From positions 57,066-121,065 of the IMG/VR virus record IMGVR_UViG_3300024265_000033: 64,000 bases of DNA, one strand, 5' to 3'. The DNA comes from a virus. Positions 27,217 to 35,777 of the stretch are shown in pieces. Position numbers and translations under genes: made by a program. How positions within the stretch are numbered: position 1 is the first letter of the stretch; each line of letters begins with the position of its first letter. The notes under the pieces were generated by a model. It saw only the letters and a list, made by a program, of their open reading frames with translations. It ran no database searches and was not told where the DNA came from.

Positions 27217-27245
27217 TTGACAATTCCAATTGACAATGTTAGAGT
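27217..27245 (+). promoter_or_regulatory. sigma70-like promoter TTGACA-N17-TAGAGT
   Basis: Consensus spacing in divergent intergenic region; a second TTGACT-N17-TAGTTT begins at ~26993. Confidence 0.65.
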
Positions 27246-27251
27246 GTATGC

Positions 27252-27335
27252 AGTGCGGTAGCTTAATGCTCGGTTGTCGAAGTAAAGCCCTCGATTGTAT
27301 GGAGGAGTATGTAGGTGAAATTCCTATCCGCACTT
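27252..27335 (+). ncRNA. tRNA-like element (degenerate, possible UGU anticodon)
   Basis: Acceptor AGTGCGG/CCGCACT 7 bp, TA, D stem GCTT/AAGC with long loop, CCTC/GAGG stem with loop ATTGTAT, T arm GTAGG-TGAAATT-CCTAT; no CCA. Confidence 0.6.
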
Positions 27336-27352
27336 TCCTATAAGGAGGAATT

Positions 27353-27601
27353 ATGTTCGGAGGACAATTAATAGAGCTTTTCAAAGGCATGTTGATTTCA
27401 GGAAGCCTAAATACATGCAGCCCTCATGACGAGTGGGCAACTATAAAACTATATTTCGAAGGTAATACTGAAATTGCTATCGACTCTTCTGTAGATAAAG
27501 AAGGGAAAGTTCATGTTAGAGTGCGAAAAATGACGCGCAGAGGTCAGTGTAGTTCTTGGTTAAATATTGATACCTCGCCCTTGGATGTACCAGAGGAGTA
27601 A
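27353..27601 (+). CDS. hypothetical protein
   Basis: TAAGGAGG SD before ATG. Confidence 0.65.
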   Translation: MFGGQLIELFKGMLISGSLNTCSPHDEWATIKLYFEGNTEIAIDSSVDKEGKVHVRVRKMTRRGQCSSWLNIDTSPLDVPEE

Positions 27602-29159
27602 GAGTTTGAGCATAGCGAAACTAGCTAGGGCCAGAAAGGCTAAGCACCAAAAGAAAGAAAGCTTCGAGAAAGCTGCAAGTACGCCTACGGCTGACGGGCC
27701 TACTATTTTCCTCAAGAACTCCTTTTGCACAGTAGCCAGTTTTCCCAAAGAGATAGAAAAATATATTGACGAGTTGCTCACTTACGAGAATAAGGAGATC
27801 GAGTCTGAGATTCAATCCTGTTTCAACATGATGAAGTACGCCAAATCCCGGGGCAAAAATCGGATGCTCTATGCTTTCAAAGCAAAACTAGAAGAGTTGA
27901 AGTCCAAAAGAATAGTGAAATGGTTTCAGGACCACACCTTTCCTACCGGACATTTGCCCATGGTCAAAGAACTACTACGAGAAATCGGCTTCAATGATTA
28001 TGTGCTAGAAGATCAAAGGGGCGTACCCTCCAACTACGCTATGTTCCGCTGGAAAAACAAACCCTTTACCCCCAGATACTATCAGCAAGAGATGATTAAC
28101 AAAGGAAAAATAGCTGGGCGCGGCGTGTTCGAATCTGCGGTCGGTACCGGCAAGACACTAGTCATGACCTATCTTATAAAAGAGCTGGAAGTGAAGAGCC
28201 TGATTATTGTACCCAGCCTTCCCCTTTTAAGACAAAACCGTAAAATCCTAAACTTGGCTTTCGGTAAGGATAAGATAGCCACAATTACTACGGACTTCGT
28301 CAAGAAGAACAAAAAGAAACTGCCCCCTATTCGTATTACAACCATCCAGACTCTGGCTTCTTTGCAAAAGAATGGGTTGATCGACAAGGTGCTAGGTGAT
28401 ATCGACGCTCTGTATATTGATGAGATCCATCACTCCGGAGCTGAAACCTATACCAAGCTATTGCCGGAGTTCGACGACATCTATTATCGCTTTGGATTCA
28501 CAGGAACCTTCCTAAGGAACGATTCCAAGACGCTTGATATGTGGGGCTTCCTTTCCAATAGGCTTTATTACTACCCGCCCTACAAAGCTCTTGAGGACGG
28601 ATTTTTGACGCCAGTTGAGCTTTTAGTCAAGGATCTTCCCGGCAAGCACCACAAAAACTACCAGAAAGAATACGACGGCAATTATTGTGGCTATCATGTC
28701 CTCCAAAATGAAATACTTGATATCATTGACCGAGTTGGAGAAAATGACCAAATTCTCATATTAGTTGACCGGAAAGACAAGTCTGGAAAGATATTACACG
28801 AGCTTTTGAATCAGAATAAACTTGACAATGTTTACATTTCGGGCGATGATAAGGGTCAAGTGATTGAAGACGCTATTACGGACTTCAATGAAGAAACGGT
28901 CCATAGGTTAATTGGATCGAAAGTTATCGGAGAAGGAGTAGATATTTGTTCAACGGTACACTTAATTTTGGCCAATGGCGGAAAATCACCAATCCAATTG
29001 GTGCAGGCAATCGGAAGATGCGTTCGCCTGTTTCCGGGCAAACTGAAATCATATGTTTACGATTTCAATTTCAAAGGAACTAATTATATGCATAAGCATT
29101 GCGCTCAGCGAATTGATATTTTTAGAAACCATTTCGCAGGAGAAGTAACATGGCTATAG
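27567..29159 (+). CDS. superfamily 2 helicase (UvsW-like)
   Basis: PRYYQ, AVGTGKT, DEIH, TGT, EGVD, QAIGRCVR; true start may be TTG at ~27606. Confidence 0.9.
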   Translation: MIPRPWMYQRSKSLSIAKLARARKAKHQKKESFEKAASTPTADGPTIFLKNSFCTVASFPKEIEKYIDELLTYENKEIESEIQSCFNMMKYAKSRGKNRMLYAFKAKLEELKSKRIVKWFQDHTFPTGHLPMVKELLREIGFNDYVLEDQRGVPSNYAMFRWKNKPFTPRYYQQEMINKGKIAGRGVFESAVGTGKTLVMTYLIKELEVKSLIIVPSLPLLRQNRKILNLAFGKDKIATITTDFVKKNKKKLPPIRITTIQTLASLQKNGLIDKVLGDIDALYIDEIHHSGAETYTKLLPEFDDIYYRFGFTGTFLRNDSKTLDMWGFLSNRLYYYPPYKALEDGFLTPVELLVKDLPGKHHKNYQKEYDGNYCGYHVLQNEILDIIDRVGENDQILILVDRKDKSGKILHELLNQNKLDNVYISGDDKGQVIEDAITDFNEETVHRLIGSKVIGEGVDICSTVHLILANGGKSPIQLVQAIGRCVRLFPGKLKSYVYDFNFKGTNYMHKHCAQRIDIFRNHFAGEVTWL

Positions 29160-29560
29160 AAGGAACGGCTACAGGCCCTCTTTATTTCAATTTTCAAGCT
29201 ATCTTGGCAGTAGATGTTGATAGCACTCTAGTGTCTTTTAACAAAAAGCCCGGATCTGTCGAAATGGAGCTTGAGAGAAACGGCCAAATACTGAAAGTTT
29301 ATTCCAATCCTGCAGTAGTCCGGGCGATGCGCCAGTTCTATTTCAGAGGACATGGTGTAATTGTCCACAGTGCAGGCAAGCCACAATGGGCTAAATACGT
29401 TGTAGAAAAGTTAGGTATTTGCGATTGCGTTCACGCGATCATGGGTAAATTTGATTGGGCCATCGACGACCAACCTGCTAACGAGTGGGGTCCTAAAGTA
29501 TTCTATATGCATCCTAACGGAGATGTAGAACCCCCTAGTAAGGAGACGGCGCATGGCTGA
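29150..29560 (+). CDS. HAD-like protein
   Basis: DVDSTL motif I, HSAG, K, IDD. Confidence 0.7.
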   Translation: MAIEGTATGPLYFNFQAILAVDVDSTLVSFNKKPGSVEMELERNGQILKVYSNPAVVRAMRQFYFRGHGVIVHSAGKPQWAKYVVEKLGICDCVHAIMGKFDWAIDDQPANEWGPKVFYMHPNGDVEPPSKETAHG

Positions 29561-30164
29561 AGAAACTAAAAAAGAGGAGATACTCGAACTGGTAGAGTTC
29601 GAAACCAAGTATGAGACTACTCTAGATCAACTATTCCCGTTCAAAGCTCTAGTGGAATCTATGGAATATAAAAATCATAAATATGTCCAAGGCCCGGATG
29701 TGTTCTTCACGAAAGGTAATGAAACTAATATCTTCGCCAGATACCGGAAAGCCGAACACGATAAGTCTGGGAGAGCTGAGTTTACAGTCAAGGAAAAACT
29801 TCAGAAAAATAGCTCAGTTATTCGAACGGAGACTAATTGGCGGGTAGACAAAACCCCCTATCCCGAAATTGCTAAGGGTGCGGATATGATGGGCTTTGAG
29901 TACAATACTAGAATTTGGAAGGCGTGTCATATTTATGACCTTGACGACGCGACTTTAGTGTTCTATACTGTGAAAGACGAAACTAACAAACTGATGCATT
30001 TCATGGAGATTGAAGTGAGAGAAGATCTTAAAATTACAGAAGACCAAGGCTGGGAAATCATTCGTAAATACGAAGCCGTTTTGGCCCCTCTAGGCGTATC
30101 AGCTCAAAAGAGAAAAAGAAAATCTCTCTTTGAGATGTACAGGAAGGTAAAATCCAATGGCTAA
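29553..30164 (+). CDS. CYTH-domain (triphosphate tunnel) protein
   Basis: EFETKY (ExExK), Q-x-x-D-x-F, ARYR, TVK, RTE, FMEIE. Confidence 0.75.
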   Translation: MAEETKKEEILELVEFETKYETTLDQLFPFKALVESMEYKNHKYVQGPDVFFTKGNETNIFARYRKAEHDKSGRAEFTVKEKLQKNSSVIRTETNWRVDKTPYPEIAKGADMMGFEYNTRIWKACHIYDLDDATLVFYTVKDETNKLMHFMEIEVREDLKITEDQGWEIIRKYEAVLAPLGVSAQKRKRKSLFEMYRKVKSNG

Positions 30165-30354
30165 GATACTGTTCATCCTATTGTTCCTTGTTGCATTAAT
30201 TGCGCTCATGCCTATGCTGACAGCTTGGGCTTGGTCCAATTCTGTAACCCCTGTATTCGGAATCAGAGAAATTACTTGGGTTGAAGCTTTCTTTTTCAAT
30301 ATGCTAGGCGCGTGCCTGTTCAAAAATACTAATGTGAACTGGAAAAAAGACTGA
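30157..30354 (+). CDS. small membrane protein
   Basis: Two hydrophobic segments; WSNSVTPVFGIREITWVEAF pattern. Confidence 0.65.
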   Translation: MAKILFILLFLVALIALMPMLTAWAWSNSVTPVFGIREITWVEAFFFNMLGACLFKNTNVNWKKD

Positions 30355-30767
30355 TGGATCTTAAAAGAGAAAACTTTCCAATAGATTTCTCCTTCAAAGC
30401 GGAGGACATTCTCAGCAAATCTGCGGACGTCTCCCCTATTCAAAAGTTCCAAGATGGGATTCTAAAGGGTCTGAAAGAAACCAAGGCTGATCCCAAAGAG
30501 TTGATCCCTTTCATGAAAAATTCAGATATTCAAAAGCTTACTGACGCCACATCCAAGTGGCTTGTTGACGTCAAAGGCGTGGATGAAGAAACTGATGAGT
30601 ACGCAGCCACAATGGGTTCTCTGATTCAGTATTTGCCCTACTCTTTCGAAGATGTTTTGGATGAGGTGCCCGATTGGGTAGAAGACGACAAAGTATATCT
30701 GTTAAAAACTGGCGGTAATTCGAGCTGTGCTCCAAAGGGCTGCGGCGGATGTAGTAAGGGGTGTTAA
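30354..30767 (+). CDS. hypothetical protein with Cys-rich C-tail
   Basis: Ends CAPKGCGGCSKGC. Confidence 0.6.
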   Translation: MDLKRENFPIDFSFKAEDILSKSADVSPIQKFQDGILKGLKETKADPKELIPFMKNSDIQKLTDATSKWLVDVKGVDEETDEYAATMGSLIQYLPYSFEDVLDEVPDWVEDDKVYLLKTGGNSSCAPKGCGGCSKGC

Positions 30768-31097
30768 ATGACCGTAGATGATGCAAGAAATAGTTTTTTC
30801 GAATTCGAAACAAAGTACGCAATTGTTACTTCGGCCAAACAAGCTCTAGAACTAATAAGTCTTTTATCTAAAGTAGGACATCCCCGAGCAGTTCTCTCCG
30901 TGAAGGAAGAGGAACTGGAGAGTATTGCAGAAGAACTCGAAGCTCAAGGTTTTGAAACTTTTGAGATAGATGTCGAGGATCTTGCTGAGACAGAGGGCGT
31001 GATGCTGGATTACTCAAAAGGAGTAGCCCCTTTGGCAGTTGAATGGGTAGATTCACAAGAGGAGATGGGCGGCAATGAAGACAACCTCCTCAATTAA
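30768..31097 (+). CDS. acidic hypothetical protein
   Basis: ORF in operon; also begins with EFETKY. Confidence 0.55.
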   Translation: MTVDDARNSFFEFETKYAIVTSAKQALELISLLSKVGHPRAVLSVKEEELESIAEELEAQGFETFEIDVEDLAETEGVMLDYSKGVAPLAVEWVDSQEEMGGNEDNLLN

Positions 31098-31743
31098 AGC
31101 AGACTATATCGACCATATGGGCACCGATATGAGTGTGGTCAACGCCGCTAGGGTTTCTTTCGGAGAATCCGTCCATGTTGTTTCCGAGAAAGATGAGAAG
31201 CTCTTAAATTATCTAGCCAAACACGAACACATGAGTCCTTTTGAGCATTGTCAGCTTACGGTATTGGTAGAGTGTCCTTTGTTTATTAGATCCCAGATTC
31301 ACAGACATCGCACTTTTGCCTACAACGAGATCTCTCGCAGGTACACGGATTCGGGTATAGAGTTTTTTAGTCCTGATACATTCCGATGCCAATCTTTGAA
31401 TAACAAACAAGGTAGTTACGGAGCCCTGCCAGACGAGACTAACGAATACCTACAAGCTGAGGGAGAGCATATCATGCAAGAATGTTTGATATTCTATAAC
31501 AAATTGTTGGAGACGGGTGTAGGCAAGGAACAGGCTCGCGGATATCTGCCACAGAACCTCATGACCAAATTCTACATGACCGGAAACCTGCGCAACTGGA
31601 TTCATTTTCTTCGATTGAGACTCGATAACCACGCTCAGAAAGAATCGCAAGTTGTGGCTCAGCAAATCAAAAATATCATTTCAGAACGATTTCCCGCTTC
31701 TTCGGAAGCTTTATTTAAGTACGCCATTAAGGAGGCAAAATGA
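31075..31743 (+). CDS. thyX: flavin-dependent thymidylate synthase
   Basis: AARVS, HMSPFE, QIHRHR, NEISRRY, EQAR, NLRNW, HAQKE. Confidence 0.95.
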   Translation: MKTTSSIKADYIDHMGTDMSVVNAARVSFGESVHVVSEKDEKLLNYLAKHEHMSPFEHCQLTVLVECPLFIRSQIHRHRTFAYNEISRRYTDSGIEFFSPDTFRCQSLNNKQGSYGALPDETNEYLQAEGEHIMQECLIFYNKLLETGVGKEQARGYLPQNLMTKFYMTGNLRNWIHFLRLRLDNHAQKESQVVAQQIKNIISERFPASSEALFKYAIKEAK

Positions 31744-32882
31744 ACACTCAAACAATACTAAAGTCTTTTCCAACTCTATATAAGAAGGATTCCAAAGGCA
31801 AGGTGCAAACTTGGGACGTTGCTGTGACTCAAAATGGGGTAGAGGGCTTCTACATCAAAACAGCCCACGGCAAACTTGGCGGCAAGATTCAAGAAACTTT
31901 CGATCTCATTACTACAGGAAAAAACGTAGGTAAGGCTAACGAGACTTCTCCTCAGCGTCAGGCTGAATTGGAAGCAGAAGCTAAGTGGCTGAAGCAACAA
32001 GAGCGCAAAGGCTATGTCGGTAATATCGACCTAGTAAATACAGATACCCGTCCGGGAGCGGAACCTATGCTTGCGCATCGGTATGACAAATTCCCAGAAA
32101 AGATTGCATACCCCGCTTACATTCAACCTAAGCTTGATGGCCATAGATGTATTGCCATCATTGAAAATGGTACAACAAAGTTATTCAGTCGTCAGCGCAA
32201 ACCTATCACCGGATTGCCACACATTACGGAAGCCCTTACTGTACAATTTGGGTCCGCAATAGGCAGAACTGTGATAGACGGTGAGTTGTACAATCATGAC
32301 TACAAAGACAAATTCGAAGAACTCACGGGTTTTATTCGCTCTCAGGAACCCAAAGAGGGTTACGAAGCGGTTCAGTATCATATTTACGACACGGTCGTCA
32401 CAGCCCCTCAATTAGACCGTACTATGATTTTAGCCAAGAGTCTCATCGATTACACGGGCACAACCCTCCAATTGGTAGATACTCAACTGGTAGAAGATGA
32501 AGCGGAAGCTTTGGGAGCGTTTCGGACGCATCGAAATTCGGGCTACGAGGGATCTATTCTACGAAACCTTACAGGAACCTATGTAGGCAAACGCTCATAC
32601 GATCTTCAGAAGGTCAAAGAATTCGATGATGCTGAATTCACTATTACTGGAGTCGAAGAAGGTAGGGGCAAAATGGCAGGCCATGCTATTTTCGTACTTA
32701 TCGATCCTAAAACCAGTGTCCAGTTCAAAGCCAAGATGAAGGGCACTATGGAGACTTTGGCGGAATACTTCAAAAACCCTACCCTAGTGGTAGGCAAAAT
32801 TATCACAGTACAGTTTCAGGGCCGAACCAAAGACGGCATCCCTAGATTCCCTGTGGCTGTGAGGTTTCGGGAAGACGCATGA
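31740..32882 (+). CDS. ATP-dependent DNA ligase
   Basis: PMLA, QPKLDGHRC, DGELY, YD, YEGSILR, KVK, PRFP. Confidence 0.92.
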   Translation: MNTQTILKSFPTLYKKDSKGKVQTWDVAVTQNGVEGFYIKTAHGKLGGKIQETFDLITTGKNVGKANETSPQRQAELEAEAKWLKQQERKGYVGNIDLVNTDTRPGAEPMLAHRYDKFPEKIAYPAYIQPKLDGHRCIAIIENGTTKLFSRQRKPITGLPHITEALTVQFGSAIGRTVIDGELYNHDYKDKFEELTGFIRSQEPKEGYEAVQYHIYDTVVTAPQLDRTMILAKSLIDYTGTTLQLVDTQLVEDEAEALGAFRTHRNSGYEGSILRNLTGTYVGKRSYDLQKVKEFDDAEFTITGVEEGRGKMAGHAIFVLIDPKTSVQFKAKMKGTMETLAEYFKNPTLVVGKIITVQFQGRTKDGIPRFPVAVRFREDA

Positions 32883-33358
32883 AGCTCTTCAAATGGCCCT
32901 ACTACGAATTCGACCATAAGGCCGTTGCGGAGCATTTTGCCAGCGAGTTCGAACTCAGCTTTGTGAATGAATTTTGCGTAGGGAAAGACTACTACCCAGT
33001 AGCAGTCTACCGGATCAAAAATCCAGCTCCTCTAGTCAAGGAATATCTGTTACTTCAGACCGACCCTAATACCAAACACGAAACTGGAGCTGTGCGCGGG
33101 ATGACGGGAGAGGAGATCGAACCCTATCGATTTCAGCACGGTCTACACTGCCTTAGGTGCGGAGACGTCATTTATTCAGTCATGCGGCATGACATGCACG
33201 CTTGTGGCTGCGGTGAGATCTGCGTAGACGGAGGTAGGGATTATCTGAGAGTTGTAGGCTCCAAATCCGCCTACGAAATGGTTGTGATAGACCTCCTCAC
33301 AGACGACGTAAAGCTCTATGTACCTGAAACTACTGAAGAAGAAAATTCAAATAAATAG
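32879..33358 (+). CDS. conserved phage Zn-binding hypothetical protein
   Basis: CLRCGDVIYS..RHD..ACGCG...VDGG..YLR. Confidence 0.7.
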   Translation: MKLFKWPYYEFDHKAVAEHFASEFELSFVNEFCVGKDYYPVAVYRIKNPAPLVKEYLLLQTDPNTKHETGAVRGMTGEEIEPYRFQHGLHCLRCGDVIYSVMRHDMHACGCGEICVDGGRDYLRVVGSKSAYEMVVIDLLTDDVKLYVPETTEEENSNK

Positions 33359-33387
33359 TTGACTTTTCTCCTCCACCTTGCTATTCT
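33359..33387 (+). promoter_or_regulatory. sigma70-like promoter TTGACT-N17-TATTCT with extended TG
   Basis: Directly upstream of lipoprotein gene. Confidence 0.65.
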
Positions 33388-33411
33388 GTATTTAGAAAGA
33401 CGGAGGACATT

Positions 33412-34143
33412 ATGAAGAACTTGATTATATTTATTTCATCATTAATGCTTTTTGGATGCGCAAGTACCCCAAATACCAAATGGAATGACAAGAATATGCG
33501 TGTCATGATTGACCCTGATTCTGTCGATCAAAAGCAATACAATAAGGTTTTGGCCGCTGTGATGCGTCTGAACAAATTTACAGTAGTTGCCCGGGGACGC
33601 GGCTTCAAAGCCGTCCAGAGGGAGCAGGAACGCCTCCACGGCGAAGATACAGAGCATCGCTACAGTGACCGCGAGAAATGGGCTCACTGGGGAGAACTCT
33701 ATGGCGTAGGAGCAATCATAGTGCCTACTGTGAACTGTCGAGCCACACAACATGCCATTGGAGTCCACAATTACAATTCTTGTGAGCAGTTTCTACGGAT
33801 CGTAGACGCTAATACCGGACAGATTCTAGTCATGGTTGAGGGCGAAAATGAAGCCGACCGAATGAGTATGGCCCCTGATTGGAATGAAGTGGCCTACAAT
33901 CTCCACGAGCTTTATCACGAGTATGACAAAGAACTTCATTATTCAGAGAAGTTGATCGCGTATCAAGAAGCGTCAGCCCGAAGCGCGGCCCAATACCGAC
34001 AAGCTAGGAAATCCCGAGCTGCGGCTAAACGAGCTGGCGACCGAGATATTCGCAGAGAACGTCTACAAGAACTCCTAGAAGACGAGCGCATAGCTGAAGA
34101 GTTCCGGGGTAACAAAAACCGAGCCCCTGCGGTAGTCAAATAA
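33412..34143 (+). CDS. CsgG/HfaB-like lipoprotein
   Basis: Lipobox LFGC; FTVVAR...VQREQ...GELYGVGAII...LRIVDANTGQI matches the CsgG-type periplasmic fold pattern. Confidence 0.6.
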   Translation: MKNLIIFISSLMLFGCASTPNTKWNDKNMRVMIDPDSVDQKQYNKVLAAVMRLNKFTVVARGRGFKAVQREQERLHGEDTEHRYSDREKWAHWGELYGVGAIIVPTVNCRATQHAIGVHNYNSCEQFLRIVDANTGQILVMVEGENEADRMSMAPDWNEVAYNLHELYHEYDKELHYSEKLIAYQEASARSAAQYRQARKSRAAAKRAGDRDIRRERLQELLEDERIAEEFRGNKNRAPAVVK

Positions 34144-34152
34144 GGAGCGGTC

Positions 34153-34467
34153 ATGAAATTATCAAAAACTAACAGAGGCTTTAACAAAATAAAATTCGAA
34201 GATCGTTATAAAGAGGAGTGTTCCATTCAAGATAGCTCTTTAGCTACAGAGGCAGCTATTTGGTTCGGAGTAGACAACCCCTCTTTGATGATGATGGCAA
34301 GTCACGGGCAAGAAAATGGAACTGGCTGGATTAAAATACCCCTTCATGAGAATGTGACTATTATGCCAACTCGAATGCATCTAACTCAAAGCCAAGTAAA
34401 AGAATTGCTGCCAATACTGCAACGATTTGCGGAAACAGGAACCATAGGAGACGTAGATGAAGACTAA
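34153..34467 (+). CDS. conserved phage hypothetical protein
   Basis: RGF...FEDRY...CSIQDSSLA...IWFG...RMHL pattern. Confidence 0.7.
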   Translation: MKLSKTNRGFNKIKFEDRYKEECSIQDSSLATEAAIWFGVDNPSLMMMASHGQENGTGWIKIPLHENVTIMPTRMHLTQSQVKELLPILQRFAETGTIGDVDED

Positions 34468-34663
34468 AATTGAACAATGGGAAAATGAGTGTCTGAAGAA
34501 GAAACGCTACGACTCTTACTCTTTAGCTGAGAAAGTAGCCGAGAGAAGAACCGAGGAATGCGGAACACAGCTCTATACCTACCGATGCGAAAGTTGCGGA
34601 GAATGGCATCTTACCAGACAGACTCAGAGCTATAAACGATTCAAGTTTTTGAAGGTTGTGTAA
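34457..34663 (+). CDS. small Zn-finger hypothetical protein
   Basis: C..K.RY...YRCESCGEWHLT. Confidence 0.65.
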   Translation: MKTKIEQWENECLKKKRYDSYSLAEKVAERRTEECGTQLYTYRCESCGEWHLTRQTQSYKRFKFLKVV

Positions 34664-34754
34664 CGACAATATAGATTAGAGGGTACTGTTATTGATCGAG
34701 CGAATCGTCGTATAATAGCAGCTAAGTTTGGTTCCCGCGTGAGCCTAGCCTGTA

Positions 34755-35300
34755 TTATTTAGGCCAATACTGCACATGGAAGTGTAGTGCGCCTTTTCCT
34801 ACCTTATGAATCTTGGCAGTCCAGCGATAATAATTCGGTTTATTATAGGTCTTATTGAACCACTTCACGAGGGCTTTTTGTTCCGCTTCCGTATAAAGCC
34901 ACACTCTCAAGTCGAAGGCGTGCCAGAATTGATGCGGTGATTTGAATTTCTTGACTTTATATTTGACAGAATTCCTATAGAGATAGTCTTGTTCCTCGGG
35001 AGTGCGGTCAATCATAGTTACGACCACTTTTTTATCGTAGTCTTTCTTGACCTTTTCGGTAAAGGCTATTAGGATTTTGTAGAGCGATGGGTTCTTTTTT
35101 TCGAGGTCTTTGATTTCTTCTTCGATGCGCTTCGTTTTGCCTTTTGGGAAGATTTCTTCTTTGCCTTCTTTTTTTGGCTCTTCTTTTTCGACGATTTCGA
35201 GCTTTTTCTCGCCTTTTTGCGCTTCTCTTTTTTCGCCAGACCTAACAGGCTTAGCAAAGATTGCCATAATCGTCGCAATAATTTTTTCAAGGATCTCCAC
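34755..35300 (-). CDS. peptidase M15-like endolysin candidate
   Basis: RTPEEQ..LY, SPHQ..HAFD, HFHVQ (H/D/H Zn ligands). Confidence 0.7.
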   Translation of the reverse strand: MEILEKIIATIMAIFAKPVRSGEKREAQKGEKKLEIVEKEEPKKEGKEEIFPKGKTKRIEEEIKDLEKKNPSLYKILIAFTEKVKKDYDKKVVVTMIDRTPEEQDYLYRNSVKYKVKKFKSPHQFWHAFDLRVWLYTEAEQKALVKWFNKTYNKPNYYRWTAKIHKVGKGALHFHVQYWPK

Positions 35301-35312
35301 ATCATACTCCTC

Positions 35313-35777
35313 CTACTCGTAAGTACCATTTAGGGTTAGCCCAGAGAAAGCGTCCATAGCTTCTAGGTCATCCGCGTCAGTTTCAGCGTCTACGGCTATC
35401 TGTGCATCATCAGTCATGTCTCGGAGAGCGTCTTTGTCGGACTCAATGTCAGTTGTGGCATTGCCTTTTGAAGACTCTTCGATCCAAGAATCATCTGATT
35501 GCTTAAGCCACGAATCTCTTTTTTCCCTAATTTCCGTCATTTTGGCTTCTCTGGCCGCAGTCATATCGACTTCTAAATCCCCGGAACCGTTATCTTGGAG
35601 TTGTTTTCTCCATCTTTTAGAGGGTTCGGGATTGAGATCCGTAATCTCATTTAATAACGTGTAAGACTCTCCCATGTCTACTGCAAGACGATCAAGCGCA
35701 GATTGAGCAGTCCCGCTTCTCGGTTGTACGATTGTGATAGAACCATCTGAATCTCTTTTAGCTGCCCATTTTCCCAT
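35313..35777 (-). CDS. tail fibre assembly chaperone-like protein
   Basis: IREKRDSWLKQSD...KDALRDM motif; follows fibre genes. Confidence 0.65.
   Translation of the reverse strand: MGKWAAKRDSDGSITIVQPRSGTAQSALDRLAVDMGESYTLLNEITDLNPEPSKRWRKQLQDNGSGDLEVDMTAAREAKMTEIREKRDSWLKQSDDSWIEESSKGNATTDIESDKDALRDMTDDAQIAVDAETDADDLEAMDAFSGLTLNGTYE

Noticed and set aside
27004-27390. 128-aa minus-strand ORF
   Set aside because: Overlaps promoters, the tRNA-like element and the next gene start; no recognisable protein features
35069-35329. Lys/Ser-rich histone-like ORF
   Set aside because: Alternative frame of the Glu/Lys-rich linker of the peptidase gene
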